This document shows, one piece after another, positions 39,878 through 52,000 of a stretch of 64,000 bases of DNA (position 1 is the first letter of the stretch; each line of letters begins with the position of its first letter). The position numbers and the translations under genes were made by a program. This DNA is from Spizellomyces punctatus DAOM BR117 (Eukaryota), in the NCBI GenBank assembly GCA_000182565.2, contig KQ257471.1. The stretch is one strand, 5' to 3'. A model generated the notes under the pieces. The model worked only from the letters and a program-made list of their open reading frames with translations, made no database searches and was not told the origin of the DNA.

Positions 39878-41049
39878 TCATCGGGCAGAGGTTTTTTCCA
39901 AGATCTGTTCGAGGACGGTTTGTAGCTGCACTCCGCACGTCGAAAACCACATGACTGTTGCTTGCTCGTCAAATAGGGTCTTCGCTAAGGTTATCCAATC
40001 CGTGCAGGTGCTGGTAAGCATCGAGGCGGCACTGGCCACCTCCGCTGGTAGTATTGGGGGATCGATGTTGCTGACAAGGTCGTCAACACGTTGAGAGCAT
40101 ATGCTACTTAAACGGGCTAACTCGTCTAACATTTGGACCCTCTCCACATCCACTTGAACCCTTCCTTCTTTGCCTGAATTGATGATTTGTGAGGATACTT
40201 TCTTCCCGTCCTTCTCCAGAGTTGTCATGGTTTTCTTCATCATCAGCTTTGTGGCTTTCACAATCACGATGCATCTTTTGACCAGGTCCTTCTCCGTGTC
40301 ACTAAGTTCCTTAGGCTCCGTTTCTCGCTCATCATCTGACATTAGATCGTCCCAGCCTTCGTCCGCTATTCCTCCTGCTTCCAATACCTCCTCGAGCTCT
40401 AGCACTGCATCGGCCACCAAGGTTATCCGGCTGTTCACTTTCTTTGCAACAGCTGCTTCATTATTCATTGACATATTCTCAACAACTTGGCACGCTTTCC
40501 ACACGATCCCCGTCGATGATAGGTATCCGAGCTTGTTACCGCTGTCCAATGATCTTGGTTTCGAGAGGAAGTTATTGGCCAGGTGTGCTACGTCAAAAAG
40601 GAGAGATATTGAGGTACTGCGAATTTCGTCCTGCAGGGATACTCCAAGTGAAGGGGGAACCGACTCAACAACCGCGACGATATGCAAAATGCACTTTTCG
40701 ATGTTTGTGCATATTTCGGGAGTGTCCTTTGCTTGGTGGGGTGCCGTTAATGAGAGCTGTAACATTGGAGAAAGAAGTATTTCAGTTCCGCTCGCACTCA
40801 CTTAATGTTACAGAAAGAGCGCCTCACCTTTGTAGCATTGTGAGAGAGAACTTTTGCTCCTTTCACAAGCTCATTTTTGAACCAAGACTCGTCGAACTGC
40901 TCAGGAGATACTGCGCTTGTTGAATCCCATTTTTGCAGCTGCTCAATGTATTTGAGCGCCTGATCAATTAGTCGGTTTAGCTTCAATTCAAGCTGTCCAG
41001 TCGCTTCGCTTTCGCTGGTCATGGTTATGCGCTGGGTCAAACTGGACAT
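39878..41049 (-). CDS. GCIP/CCNDBP1 (cyclin-D1-binding) family protein
   Basis: AKVLSHNATK|LSL, STGIVWKAC, NNEAAV, LVADAVLELEE, VDDLVSNIDPP. Confidence 0.75.
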
Positions 41050-41170
41050 GAGCTTGATGTGCAATCAAATGGCTGGTCTTGTTGCCATGACATCTGTGAG
41101 GGATTACGTCCCAAGTTACCTACTCTGCTGGAGCAAGCATTGAATCAAGCTTTCAACAACCCCGTTTGGA

Positions 41171-42626
41171 ATGGACTTGACTCCACCGCCGGATGCACCA
41201 CCGCCCCAGCTTTTTGAGGAATCCTCACAATACCGACACTGGAAGTATACTCCTGAAGAGCTTCGTGAGCTCCGTGAGAAGGTGAACGCAGAAGGAGCGG
41301 CGCGAGTCCGGAAGGCGTTTGCTGAGGAATGGGTACGTAAAGTATACAGATTTTTGCTTTTTGTTTCGAGCAGCTCAAACTGATCGGCCGTCACAGTCCG
41401 TAACGAAGGGCGCAGAGGTGGGGCCACCAGAGGTGGACTGCATAACCTCGGAAGAGCAGCTAGCGTTGTGTCGATTCTATGAAGGAAAATTAGTGCACTA
41501 TTGTAACTACTTGAAGTTTGATAGATCCGTGCAGGTATGCTCTCCTCGACGCTTCCAGTTGAGGCCCCCAAACCATGCTTGGACCCCGCTAACTGGCCTC
41601 AGGCCACCGCCCTAGCTTTCTACAAACGGTTTTATCTCCTAAATACCGTTATGGATTATTGCCCAAAGTTATACCTGTGCGTGTAAGAGATGTTCATATT
41701 ATTGTTTTAATGGCCACCGCTGACTCTGTCACATAGTATGACATGCATTTTCTTGAGCAGCAAAGTCGAGAACTCACACATGTCGCTTGACTTGTTTCTG
41801 GGAAAGATACCAAATCCACCGACATCTGACAAGATGGTCGAATTGGAGTTTACCTTGTCGAGGGGTATTCGCTTTGAGTATATGATCCATCACCCGTACT
41901 GGCCCCTACACGGTTTCTTTCTGGACATCCAGGTACAATCTGCATCGTTCTGATTTATGTACGTGATTGTCAGGAACTCTAACAGTGAAGTCGGTAGAGT
42001 TATCTGGCCTCTGCCCATCCCCGTCCCGCACACGAGCATCTCTTTCAGAAGCTGCAAAAAACCTACGATCGCGCACAGCACTTCACCCAGTTAGCCACCT
42101 TGAGCGATTTGATCTTCACCCATATGCCGTCCCAAATAGCGTTGGGGTGCTTACTAGCGGCAGCTCGGGAAACCGATTTTGAAAAGGAGCTGGACAAGTA
42201 AGGAAGTAGGCTGCTTACACTTTCGAATATGGCAACCTAACGCGCATTCGACGTTCAAAAGATACCTGGCCGCCCGTTTCCATGCGGACCCAGAGCGCCT
42301 TGTGAAGTTGCGAATGGCACTAGAAGAAGTGGCAGATGATGTTACAACGCAAGGCGACAAGGCTGTCAACAAAGAAGTGGCTGCGCAAATCGCAAACAAA
42401 CTACGCAAGTGTCAAAATCCAGCATTTGATCCAGAGAGTGCATTGTAAGTCATGTGAATCTAACGATAAGTGTTCGATATTGTGATTCTCATGTTTTGTG
42501 GCATTTTTCGTTAGACATAAACATAAAGCCCAAGAAGAGACTCGAGAGCGGGAGGAGCGTCATGCCAAGAAGGCAAAGCTTGATCATGAGCGACGGACGA
42601 GTTTGGAAGGATTATTTACAGCATAG
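41171..42626 (+). CDS. CCL1: Cyclin H (TFIIH/CAK cyclin)
   Basis: FEESSQYRHWKYT, ATALAFYKRFYL, CIFLSSKVEN, LEFTL..IHHPYWPLHGF, PSQIAL. Confidence 0.92.
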
Positions 42627-42680
42627 TCCTGTTATGATCACTATTCAGGGGAGCAAGCGACACCAATTTGTATAATATAT

Positions 42681-43729
42681 TTAATTGTCATCGACCGTCA
42701 AGAATTCTTTTGCATTTGTCCCTGTTTTTTGAGCCGTCTGTTCCAAGGTCCAGCCTTTTGCGTCTGCAACCAATTTACAGGCTCCTAACATACCAGAGTC
42801 TATTGCGGCCGCATCGTGCAAATCAGACTCTATCAGGATTCTATCATCCGGGACAGCTCGTATTCGCTCGACGGTCTTTAGAGACCGTCCATTGATGCCA
42901 ACCGAAAAGCTGAAGTAAAATCGCCTTCCAACACCCTTTGGTAGACGCAGCAGTGCGCGAACAATGTCCGGAGATCCGGAAAATGAATGATGCATCATCT
43001 TTGGTGGAAGAGGGTCAGGGACGCGGTAGCGCCCTGTTCCTCCACTAGACTCGTTGGAGAGCGCCTCACTAGATTTCGGTCGCATGGTCAACGCCAATTC
43101 ACGCATAATCTCTAGCAGCTTGCCATGGCATTGGACGGTGTGGATGCTCACAGGGCGCCGCAGCTCTGCCGCTAATGCCAACTGGGCCTGAAATATAGCA
43201 ACCTGGTGCGGCATGGGATACTTGATGTTCGTGTTTCGGTCACGGGCTGCACCATCAATGCCAATTTCTCCCACTAGTGCATGAGGGTGTGACGTTAGCT
43301 GCTCACGAAGATTGCGCCAGGCTGCTGTTTCCTCCAGCTTTGGCGGCCCATCTGTGTGGTGTGCAAACCAAGGGTGGATTCCTTGCAGAGCACCTCGAGT
43401 GAGTGAGAGCAGTGACGCATAAAAGGTCTACACTTGCAACAAGAACAACGCGGGGGATCTTCTCACTGAAAGTAGATTAGATGCAAGTACCTACCAAACG
43501 CGGGAATAACTTTTTCGGAGTAGTCATTTGCGACTTTGCTGACGAGCGCCCAGTCATCCGGTCTCGTTCCCATAACAAACAACTGTCTTGTTGCAAGTGT
43601 GGGAAGTAAATGCACATGTTCCGGGGTATCTACGGGGTGACAATGCACATCCACAAAGTGTGGCCATACTGGGGCGCTTTGGTCCTTTGAGATTTCGGAT
43701 TGGTCTGAAGGGCTGTTGGACTCTGACAT
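42681..43729 (-). CDS. TatD-family nuclease (Scn1/TATDN3-like)
   Basis: DVHCH, FG|IHPWF, GEIGID, PVSIHTVQCHG, HSFSGS, ILIESD. Confidence 0.9.
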
Positions 43730-44078
43730 GTGTATTAAAATGGATGGATGCTTTACTTCACGCATGGCATTGTATTCTTCCAAGCAGCATTCAAATGTGA
43801 ATAAATGTAAACACCTCGTCAGGTGATTCTCAAGGATCGGACGGAGCATTGGGTGGACCTTTCAAACAGTCGCTGCATCGTTATTCTTGGCGCGGGCAAT
43901 TACTTATCTTCGAATCTTTGTTTAAGCTGAGCGCAGTGGACAACCTCTTGTTTACAGCCTGCACATTGGCTTCTTTATATATATTCTTGCTCCAAGCAAG
44001 CAGTCCGACTCGCTTTCACCCAATCCTTAGTCACCTGGCGGCTGCGTCTCCAATCTCGCCCTTCTCTCTGCATAAGCT

Positions 44079-44986
44079 ATGAATCTCTTTAGACGAGCAC
44101 AAGCTACAAAGACAGCTCCTAAGGATGCCATCGTTCGATTGCGCGAAAGTCTGGAAATGCTAGAGAAGCGGGAGAAGTACCTGCAGACTAAGATTGATAA
44201 CGAACTCAAGATTGCGAAAGCAAATGTATCGAAAAATAAGCGGGGTATGTACTGCCGGACCGAATACGTGTGAATAGCCTACATGGCGATACGTCATTGG
44301 AATTGGCGACATTGTACGGATGGAGTGGTTAAAGGCGCGTTAAAAAAAACCGTTCCCACGAGCTAAAGCATATATTTCTTTTGCTCTTTATATAGTGGCT
44401 CTCACAGCGTTAAAGCGCAAAAAAGCATATGAGGACCAAATTTCCAAAATAATGGGCTCGCGCATGACACTTGAGCAACAAGTGATGGCCATCGAAAATG
44501 CAAACGTTAACCTCGAAACGATGAATGCAATGAAGGCAGGAGCGGACGCAATGAAGCAAATTCACGGGCATCTGGATATAAACAAGGTCGATGCAACCAT
44601 GGATGATATACGCGAACAAATGGACCTGGCTAATGAGATCAGCGAAGCGATCTCGCAACCAGTCAACTTTGGTGTAGAGTTTGATGAGGAAGAGTTGAAT
44701 GAGGAACTCGAGCTGCTAGAACAGGAGGATTTGGATGCAAGATTGCTAGATACAGCTGGCGTGGGTGTAGATCTTGGACAGGTGGAGGCCGCACCCGCTG
44801 TCCCGAAGATTGCTGTACCTGGTAAGACGTTGAGGAGTCTAACGACTTTCCGTGGCACATTGATGTCATACTTACGCTGTTCTTCCTACAGCGATTGCTC
44901 AACCCCCGCGTCCAACCAGAGCGCAACCTGTCCAGAGCGAGGAAGATGCAGAGTTGGAGGAGCTGCGGGCGGCGATGGCTCTATAG
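44079..44986 (+). CDS. SNF7: ESCRT-III Snf7/Vps32
   Basis: PKDAIVRLRESLEMLEKRE, ALKRKKAYE, AIENANVN, DKVDATMDDIREQ, EISEAISQP, EELRAAMAL*. Confidence 0.96.
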
Positions 44987-45228
44987 ATGGGATCATTATT
45001 GTGCAGTATAAGATTGATATGTATTGATTAAACATCATGGAATTTGGCAGTGAGTAGTGAGTGTATCATCTTGAGGTGGTAACGATGGTATAATATGCCA
45101 TGACATTGAACAGCTAAAGGCCGAAAACTGAGTTTTGCCCCATGTTCAGCCACGGTCACGGTCAAGTGTTTTAGTGGATTAAACGCTAGAAATTAGATTC
45201 GTATCAAACTATTCAACAAGGCTCTACG

Positions 45229-47189
45229 CTAGTTGTCCTTCTTCAAATCATTGTCATGGTCCTTCACATCTTTCACCTCTTCATCTTCGCCAGTCACGAA
45301 AACATCCGCACTATCCCTCACGCTCTTCTCAACCTCAACTTTCCCAACTGTCCCAAGATGCTTATGGCCATGGTAATCTGCGCCGACGAGTTCACCAATC
45401 CGTCTGCATAATTTTCCACCTCCAAGGATGCCAAATGCAACCAACGCTGCCACGTTCCATATATGTACCATGAAATAAACGGACTTCCACACCTGGATTC
45501 CATTAGGGATAGTGTATACGGGAAACGGGGCGCAAATGTAGTTGATGGAGATTTGCGTACCAAGCCAGCCAACAAAGTCGTAGAGCGGCTTGTAGGTGGC
45601 CAAGCGAGAAGGTTGTGTAACCAGTGGGCGTAAATTACGGCGTAAAAGTTGTCCTGTAATCGTTACCATCGCTCCCGACAAGAAGGTAAAATAGTAGCCA
45701 GGTCGGAAACCGTGCCAAAAGGCGGAGGTGAAGTAAGTCCCTACATTCGCCAACGCTATAGCTTTCCCTTTCTCTTTCGGCTTTTGATGTTTTGAGCGCG
45801 CGTTGTCAGTAGATTTAGCGGGGGTATGTTGAGGTGCCAATCGAAGATACACGCACTCTCGAAGCCATTTTCCTGTTTGTTGATTCCATGCACCAATGTA
45901 CTCGCGGGGAGATTGCGCCAGTTCGAGACGGAGTGGATCGGCATTTTGAACGCGTGAAAACAGCATTTTGGTTGGGTTGCGAGGACAGGGTCCAAGATAA
46001 CCGATCCCAGAGATAATGCAAGCACCCTCCGCAAGCTTCCAAGCACCATAGTATTTGCAGCGAACAACGTTGCCTGCAAGATTAATGTACAACAATCTAA
46101 CAACGAAAAAGAGGTTCAATCCAGTTCCTCATGGGTAACAGCTGCAAACACATAAAGGGCGGGAGTACCTACCTAAACCAAAAGGGCTGTTTCATAAATT
46201 CTGGAGTGATTGCTCCATAATGTGATAACGGCTCGCTAAACTTCATGTAAATCCCTATGGTAAAAAGCCCTACCAACAATGTTTTAAACGCTGGAAGACC
46301 ACGTGGGGGAATTTTGTCAAACGGGGGCTGTAACCCAGATTTGCAAAAATAGAAAGCATTAGTGTTCCTCTGTACTTTGCTCGCAGCGATCAAGACGGTG
46401 GCCGACGGACCTCTCCTCGCGTGAATCTCCGATACTCAATGAAATCATTTGCCGGGCCCACAAACCATCCGCCAAAGAAGAAGGCGTATCCGAGGAACTC
46501 GATCAGATTTGGCATCGTTCTTATCGCGGTTCTCTGCTGCTCTCTGGACAGCAACTGAATATCTCGGCAAATGAACAAAAATGACATAAATATCGATCAC
46601 GAGCGACAACCATACCGTGTCCTTTTTTGTTCCGTCATGAGCCGCCCACGCAAATGTGCTCATTTTGATAACCATCATCATGATAGGGGCTGTGTTGTCA
46701 GCTACTCCAGAATCCGGGTTAAATATTTGGTTTTCTAGATGACTGGAAGGCAATGATGTCAACCAGATGCCACTGCGTTAACGATCTAACAGCTGTAACC
46801 TAACGCTGCAACACGCGGCCCTCCGTATGAAAGAGCAGGTCATGGGCACAGAGTTTGGGAAGAGGAACTTACTGGACACTCAAGAAGGCCATCATTCCTA
46901 AAAAGACTGAGACTGGGGCCCACACGCTCTCCCGGCTTATGGACACGACGGTGTATGCAACAAGACAAGCAGACAGAAGTTGAACATAGAGCCATGGGTC
47001 AACGAGAGTAAGGCAGAGCGTGATGGTGAGCAAAATGGAAAATAAATGCTTGGCAGTTGGGAGGGTCGAAGGGATGTAAGAGTATATGTAGGCGAGAGGG
47101 TAGGCCGAGAACAGAATCACCGCAATTGTGAAATTCTGTATCGGCATGGACAGACTATCTGCCCAACCCTGTACCACTTCAAAAGCCAT
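45229..47189 (-). CDS. ALE1: MBOAT lysophospholipid acyltransferase (Ale1-like)
   Basis: IKMSTFAWAAHDG, GWFVGPA, KYYGAWKLAEGAC, WNQQTGKWLRECVYLR, SAFWHGFRPGYY. Confidence 0.9.
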
Positions 47190-49010
47190 CTTGCTGGTAC
47201 CAGTGAAGGATCAGCGAACTAACTTGTCAAGGCGCTTTCATGCAATGTCGGAAAAACGGGTAAGCTGTCGAGCGTACCCAAGGGCCCACGCAATCCATCC
47301 CAAGTGGAATGATGTTTAACCAATTAACCACACGGTCTGATAGATGCCTTCCTGCTAGATGTTCTCTTCTAACTCCGATCATCCGTCAATCCCACTTATA
47401 GCAGCCTGCTTCTAGATGCTTCCCACACTTGATATGGCTTCAAAAGTGCAAGATGGCTTAGGACGGTAGCCATGCCGGATCACTGCACTAGTAAAATAAC
47501 CCGGAACAAGAATGTATTGCGTTGATCCACACCAACCACTGAGCAAACGATTCTACAAAATAGGGGCACTTTTATAATCCGTCAAGTGATGTAATCATGT
47601 CCTCTATGACACTAGTAAGTGCTGTTCAATTGGTAATAGTAAAGAAAAGGCAAATTAGTACAAGCGCACAAAACATTGTCTACAGAGGCTGATTAATCTG
47701 GGCCAGAGCACAGCTTTCACACACCTGCGAGGGTCACAATTTGTCAAAAAAGAACCGGAGCAGAATATTGGCATGTGTCGCCAGACGTTTAAGGGACGAA
47801 CACGTACCTCCGCCTTTGGGTCCAGCGCATCATTCCGATCAACACATTTGTGCAGAGCCAAGGCCCCGAGAGACTGATCAAGCAGAGTAATCCCTTTCGA
47901 TTATCATTCCACCTCGACCGATGCAAAGAGTTCGAAACGTGTTCTCCTCCTTGTAGATGATTTTTCCAATTACGTCGCGTGGTGTGTTCGTTCACCATCG
48001 GCTGCCCAGATCGGCTGCTGAGTTTCTTGGAGGCCTGCTGTCAATTTTCGAATTTTCTTTTACATGGAAGTTCCACTTGTTTGGCTGAGTGCCCCCATTG
48101 CTGACAATTTATTACGGTTGTAAGGCAACTGCAAAAGCTGCAAAAGCATTTTTCATCTTATTTCCATACAACTTGTCTGCTGAGCGCGGTTTGGCTTAGC
48201 TTCGTGTGAGTGTCCCCCACAGGGGACGTGATGTGTGGCTTTCTCCGCTTTTTACCCTTACCTAAGCATTTTGTCCTACTTGTCTTCAATCGTCGGCAAA
48301 AAGTGTTCGAAATGGCAATCTCTTCTTGCCTCAGCACTTTATGATGTGGGATGGAAGACGTACAATTTCGTCCTCAGCAGCTGAGGAATTGTCTCCTCTT
48401 TTGCTTTAATAAGGTCAAGTTTGTACGGCTACGCAACACCATGTCAACGAATCCAAAGAGAAAATACGCCATTTCAATACGGAAACTTGGCGCAGCTTCC
48501 GGCGCCATTACGACCACCAAATGTTTTGGAGAACCAGCACCCACAACAAAGACAACAACGAGCGAAAAGAAAGTCTTTGCAATAAATCTCTTCCGCGCAG
48601 CTTCCTTTGGTGACTGCTTCCCTCACATGAGGTAATTAGCCCAAAGCACTGAGTGAAAGGAAAATCCTTCTCCTTCGTAGATGAGATCACCAAAGCCCCG
48701 TTGCATACATCAGAAACCTGCTTCTTAAACAAAAAAAATGGGGTCTTTGCATTCCATACCAGGACATTTACAGTCGTCTGCTGAGCTAAAATGCGGCTTG
48801 TTTTTTTTTTTTTTGGTTTTTTTCGGCTATATAGACGGTCATTGTGGAACGAATGGGATTGTCATTCAGTATCATCCTTCGCTGTCAGCTTACAATATAA
48901 TCTCACCTGGTTGAAGCCCTCTTCTACTGATCCAGTTGACCTGCACTTGATCGGAAGGAGATCTGACATTAGTAACTAGTGACGTTGAGCAGTCAACCAA
49001 GTAGTAAAGC

Positions 49011-52000
49011 ATGAGGTTAAAGCATCAGATACGTGTCGAGACGAGTGCGGACATATGGCAAGCACTTCGGGATAAATGCGAAGGTGACCTTGTAAATGTC
49101 ATGGTGGGATGCCTGGTTACGCTTCTCTGGAAGTACACCAAGGTTCCCGTGCACATTTTGGAGGTGTGGAGGAAGGATGGCAGGTGTGTATTACTCTAAA
49201 TGACCGCCGCGCGCGTAAGGTCGATCGCTGATGAAATGTGGCTTAGATCGAGTCGGGTGAAGTTCCGTATCTCCCCAGACACAACCCTTGGCGAGATCCT
49301 TGAAATCAGCGCTACCTCTCTGCCTGCCACAGACTTTGAAAGTCTCGACTATGTCCACGCCAATGATAAACACAGCGAGAGTCCTGAATTTCTTGAGACC
49401 GCCTTGGCAGGCGGACTGAAAATACGATTCAATGTATCTGGTTCGCTCTCTACGTCAATTAGTTTCAACCAACTCCTCGGCCACCGCGAACCGCATACGA
49501 TTCATATCGCAGACCATTGGAATGCATTGTTGCGGTTTATTGCGAAAAACGACGGGTGGCGGGATACGCCAGTTAAACAGATTTCCATTGTACACGGCAA
49601 GGAGCTGGATCAAGTGATGTCCAAGTGGACTACCAATGTTCATGGAACAACCTTGAAGTCGTATGCAGATGGACCTAAGCTGCTACACTCACATTTTGAC
49701 GCCTCCGCGAAACGAAACCCGAGAGGCGTTGCCTTGAGATATATTGATCACGACAGAAGAGAAGAACTGACGTACCGAGACGCCGCGCATATTATCGCAC
49801 GAGGCGTACGGGCAATTTTGCGCCGTTTCCGCCAGTCGCAACCATTAAGCCAAGAGCATCTTGGCTCTGCGTCAATGGAGCGATACGTAGCTATTTTCTT
49901 TCCGCGTGTTGGTATGGAAGCCTACCTTGCCATGCTTTCTATCCTGAAATCTGGCGCCGCTTATGTTCCTATCGATCCTGCCTACCCACCGGACCGAGTG
50001 GCTTACATCGTTGAGGATGCCTGTGCATCATTACTGATCACCACTCGGGCCATGGAGCAAATGGTCGAAGAGTCAGGATTGCTTGGCACTGGCAAGTGCA
50101 CTGTCGTTTTCTGGGATGAATTGCTCCAGGAGGTTCCAGTGGAAGGTACCACTGAAGAGGTGGCGATATCTCCATCAGCTCCGTGCTATTCTATATATAC
50201 ATCTGGGTCTACTGGGAAGCCAAAAGGTGCAGCGTTCTCCTATTCGAGAATCCCATGCATTTCCTTACTAACAGACCTCGTAGGTGTAATTGTTGAGCAT
50301 TGCAACGCTTCCTTCCTCGTACACTCAGAGTCCGTTCTTTTTCCTCTGAATGCCCAAGATGTAGTCCTCCAGCCGTTTTCCATTGCTTTTGATGCCTCAA
50401 TCGAATGCATCTGGCTGGCCTTCCACAATGCCGCGACCCTGCATATCCCGTCGGAAGTCGATATGAAATCTGGACCCATGCTCGCTGACTACATTACAGA
50501 GCACAATATTTCGGTTCTTTCGACTGTGCCGACTTTATTGTCCATGATAGACGAGGACATGCCTACCTTAAAATTATTGATCTTGGGTGGTGAAGCATGT
50601 CCACCGGCGCTGGTAGAGATGTGGGCTTCAAGGACTAGACTGGTAAACACTTATGGACCTACGGAAGCAACCGTCATCTGTACATCATGTGATATGCAGC
50701 CTGGGGTGCCAGTAACGATAGGAAAGCCGATACCGAATTACGAGATCTATATTTTGGACGATGAGCTGCTACCTGTACCTATTGGAATTGCTGGAGAGAT
50801 CCATGTCGGTGGAGACGGGTGGGTACCGTTTTATATTTACAGCTGTGCAATACTGTGCAATACTAAATACCGATCAATCCTGGCATCGTCCATCAGGGTT
50901 ACTCGCGGGTACCGAAATCGTGATGACCTAAATACTGAAAAGTTTATTCCCAGCCCGTATGGTCCTGGAAAACTTTATAAAACTGGTGATCTGGGCCGTT
51001 GGACGCCAGAGGGCGATATTGCTTACTTGGGCCGTGCCGATGCCCAGGTGAAACTGAGAGGTGAGCATATCTTGCATCTGAAATTGGTCATTGCATTCTG
51101 AGTAACGACCTTCAATTGTAATAGGCCATAGAATTGAGCTCGGAGAAATTGAATCAGCCCTTGTCCGCTTTGGTCACCCAACCGTCCTTGCGTCCTGCGC
51201 TACCGTCCAGCAGATTGAAGGTGTTGATCACCTTATCGCCTATATTATCCTAGCTGATCTCGATGACGAGGATAACGCGAGCCGATGTGACTCGAACTCA
51301 GAGTCTGACACAGTGTATGCTGAGGATGTTGACATCCAGGGTATTCTCGGGCGAATGAGGGCTACCTTACCTGGATACATGGTGCCAACCTATGTGGAGG
51401 TAATGAACGGTGATTTTCCAACGCTTCCCAGCGGCAAGGTTGACCGGAAGAAACTTCCGGTGCCACCACGTAAGTGCTTGCAGTTTATTGATATGACGGT
51501 GTATCCTGCGAACTGAGTTCGTCTACTGGCAACCTTATAATGTAGCGCATGTAATAAAAGCCCGTTCTTCCATGTCATCGATTCGCTCCCAGAGGAAGAC
51601 ACTAACTAATCAAGGATCGTTTGACTCCATGAATACTCTCTCTGCGGAGTCCCTGTTGGTAGATATGTTTACCGAGGAAGGAACCACCCCGACCGAGCGT
51701 ATGTTGCGCGATGTGTGGTCTAATATCCTGATGATAGAGATCACCACCCCCGAGGTGGACTTTTTTGCGCTGGGTGGCCACAGCGTCCTTGCTGCCCGAC
51801 TAGTTTCCGAGTTGCGCAAGTCGCCGACAGTGAAAGGTGTTACTGTGCGTGATGTTTATACTGAACGCACGATTAGGGGTCTTGCTGCAAGAATCGATAC
51901 ATTAAATGGCAAAACTGAAATTGCGGTAAAAATGAAGAACTCCAATGGCCGCCAGTCGTCTCAGGATGGGTCTGAAGATGCCAGTGGTACAGATGGGACG

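Noticed and set aside
39878-42626. Functional pairing of the cyclin-binding GCIP gene and cyclin H in a divergent arrangement
   Set aside because: Head-to-head pairs with tiny intergenic gaps are the norm throughout this window, so the pairing carries no information.
45229-47189. MBOAT as a tailoring acyltransferase of an NRPS cluster
   Set aside because: The sequence looks like the ordinary housekeeping Ale1/LPLAT, and adjacency alone is not evidence.
47300-48950. Short ORFs upstream of the NRPS (possible cluster gene)
   Set aside because: No coherent gene model or recognisable motif; treated as intergenic or unresolved.
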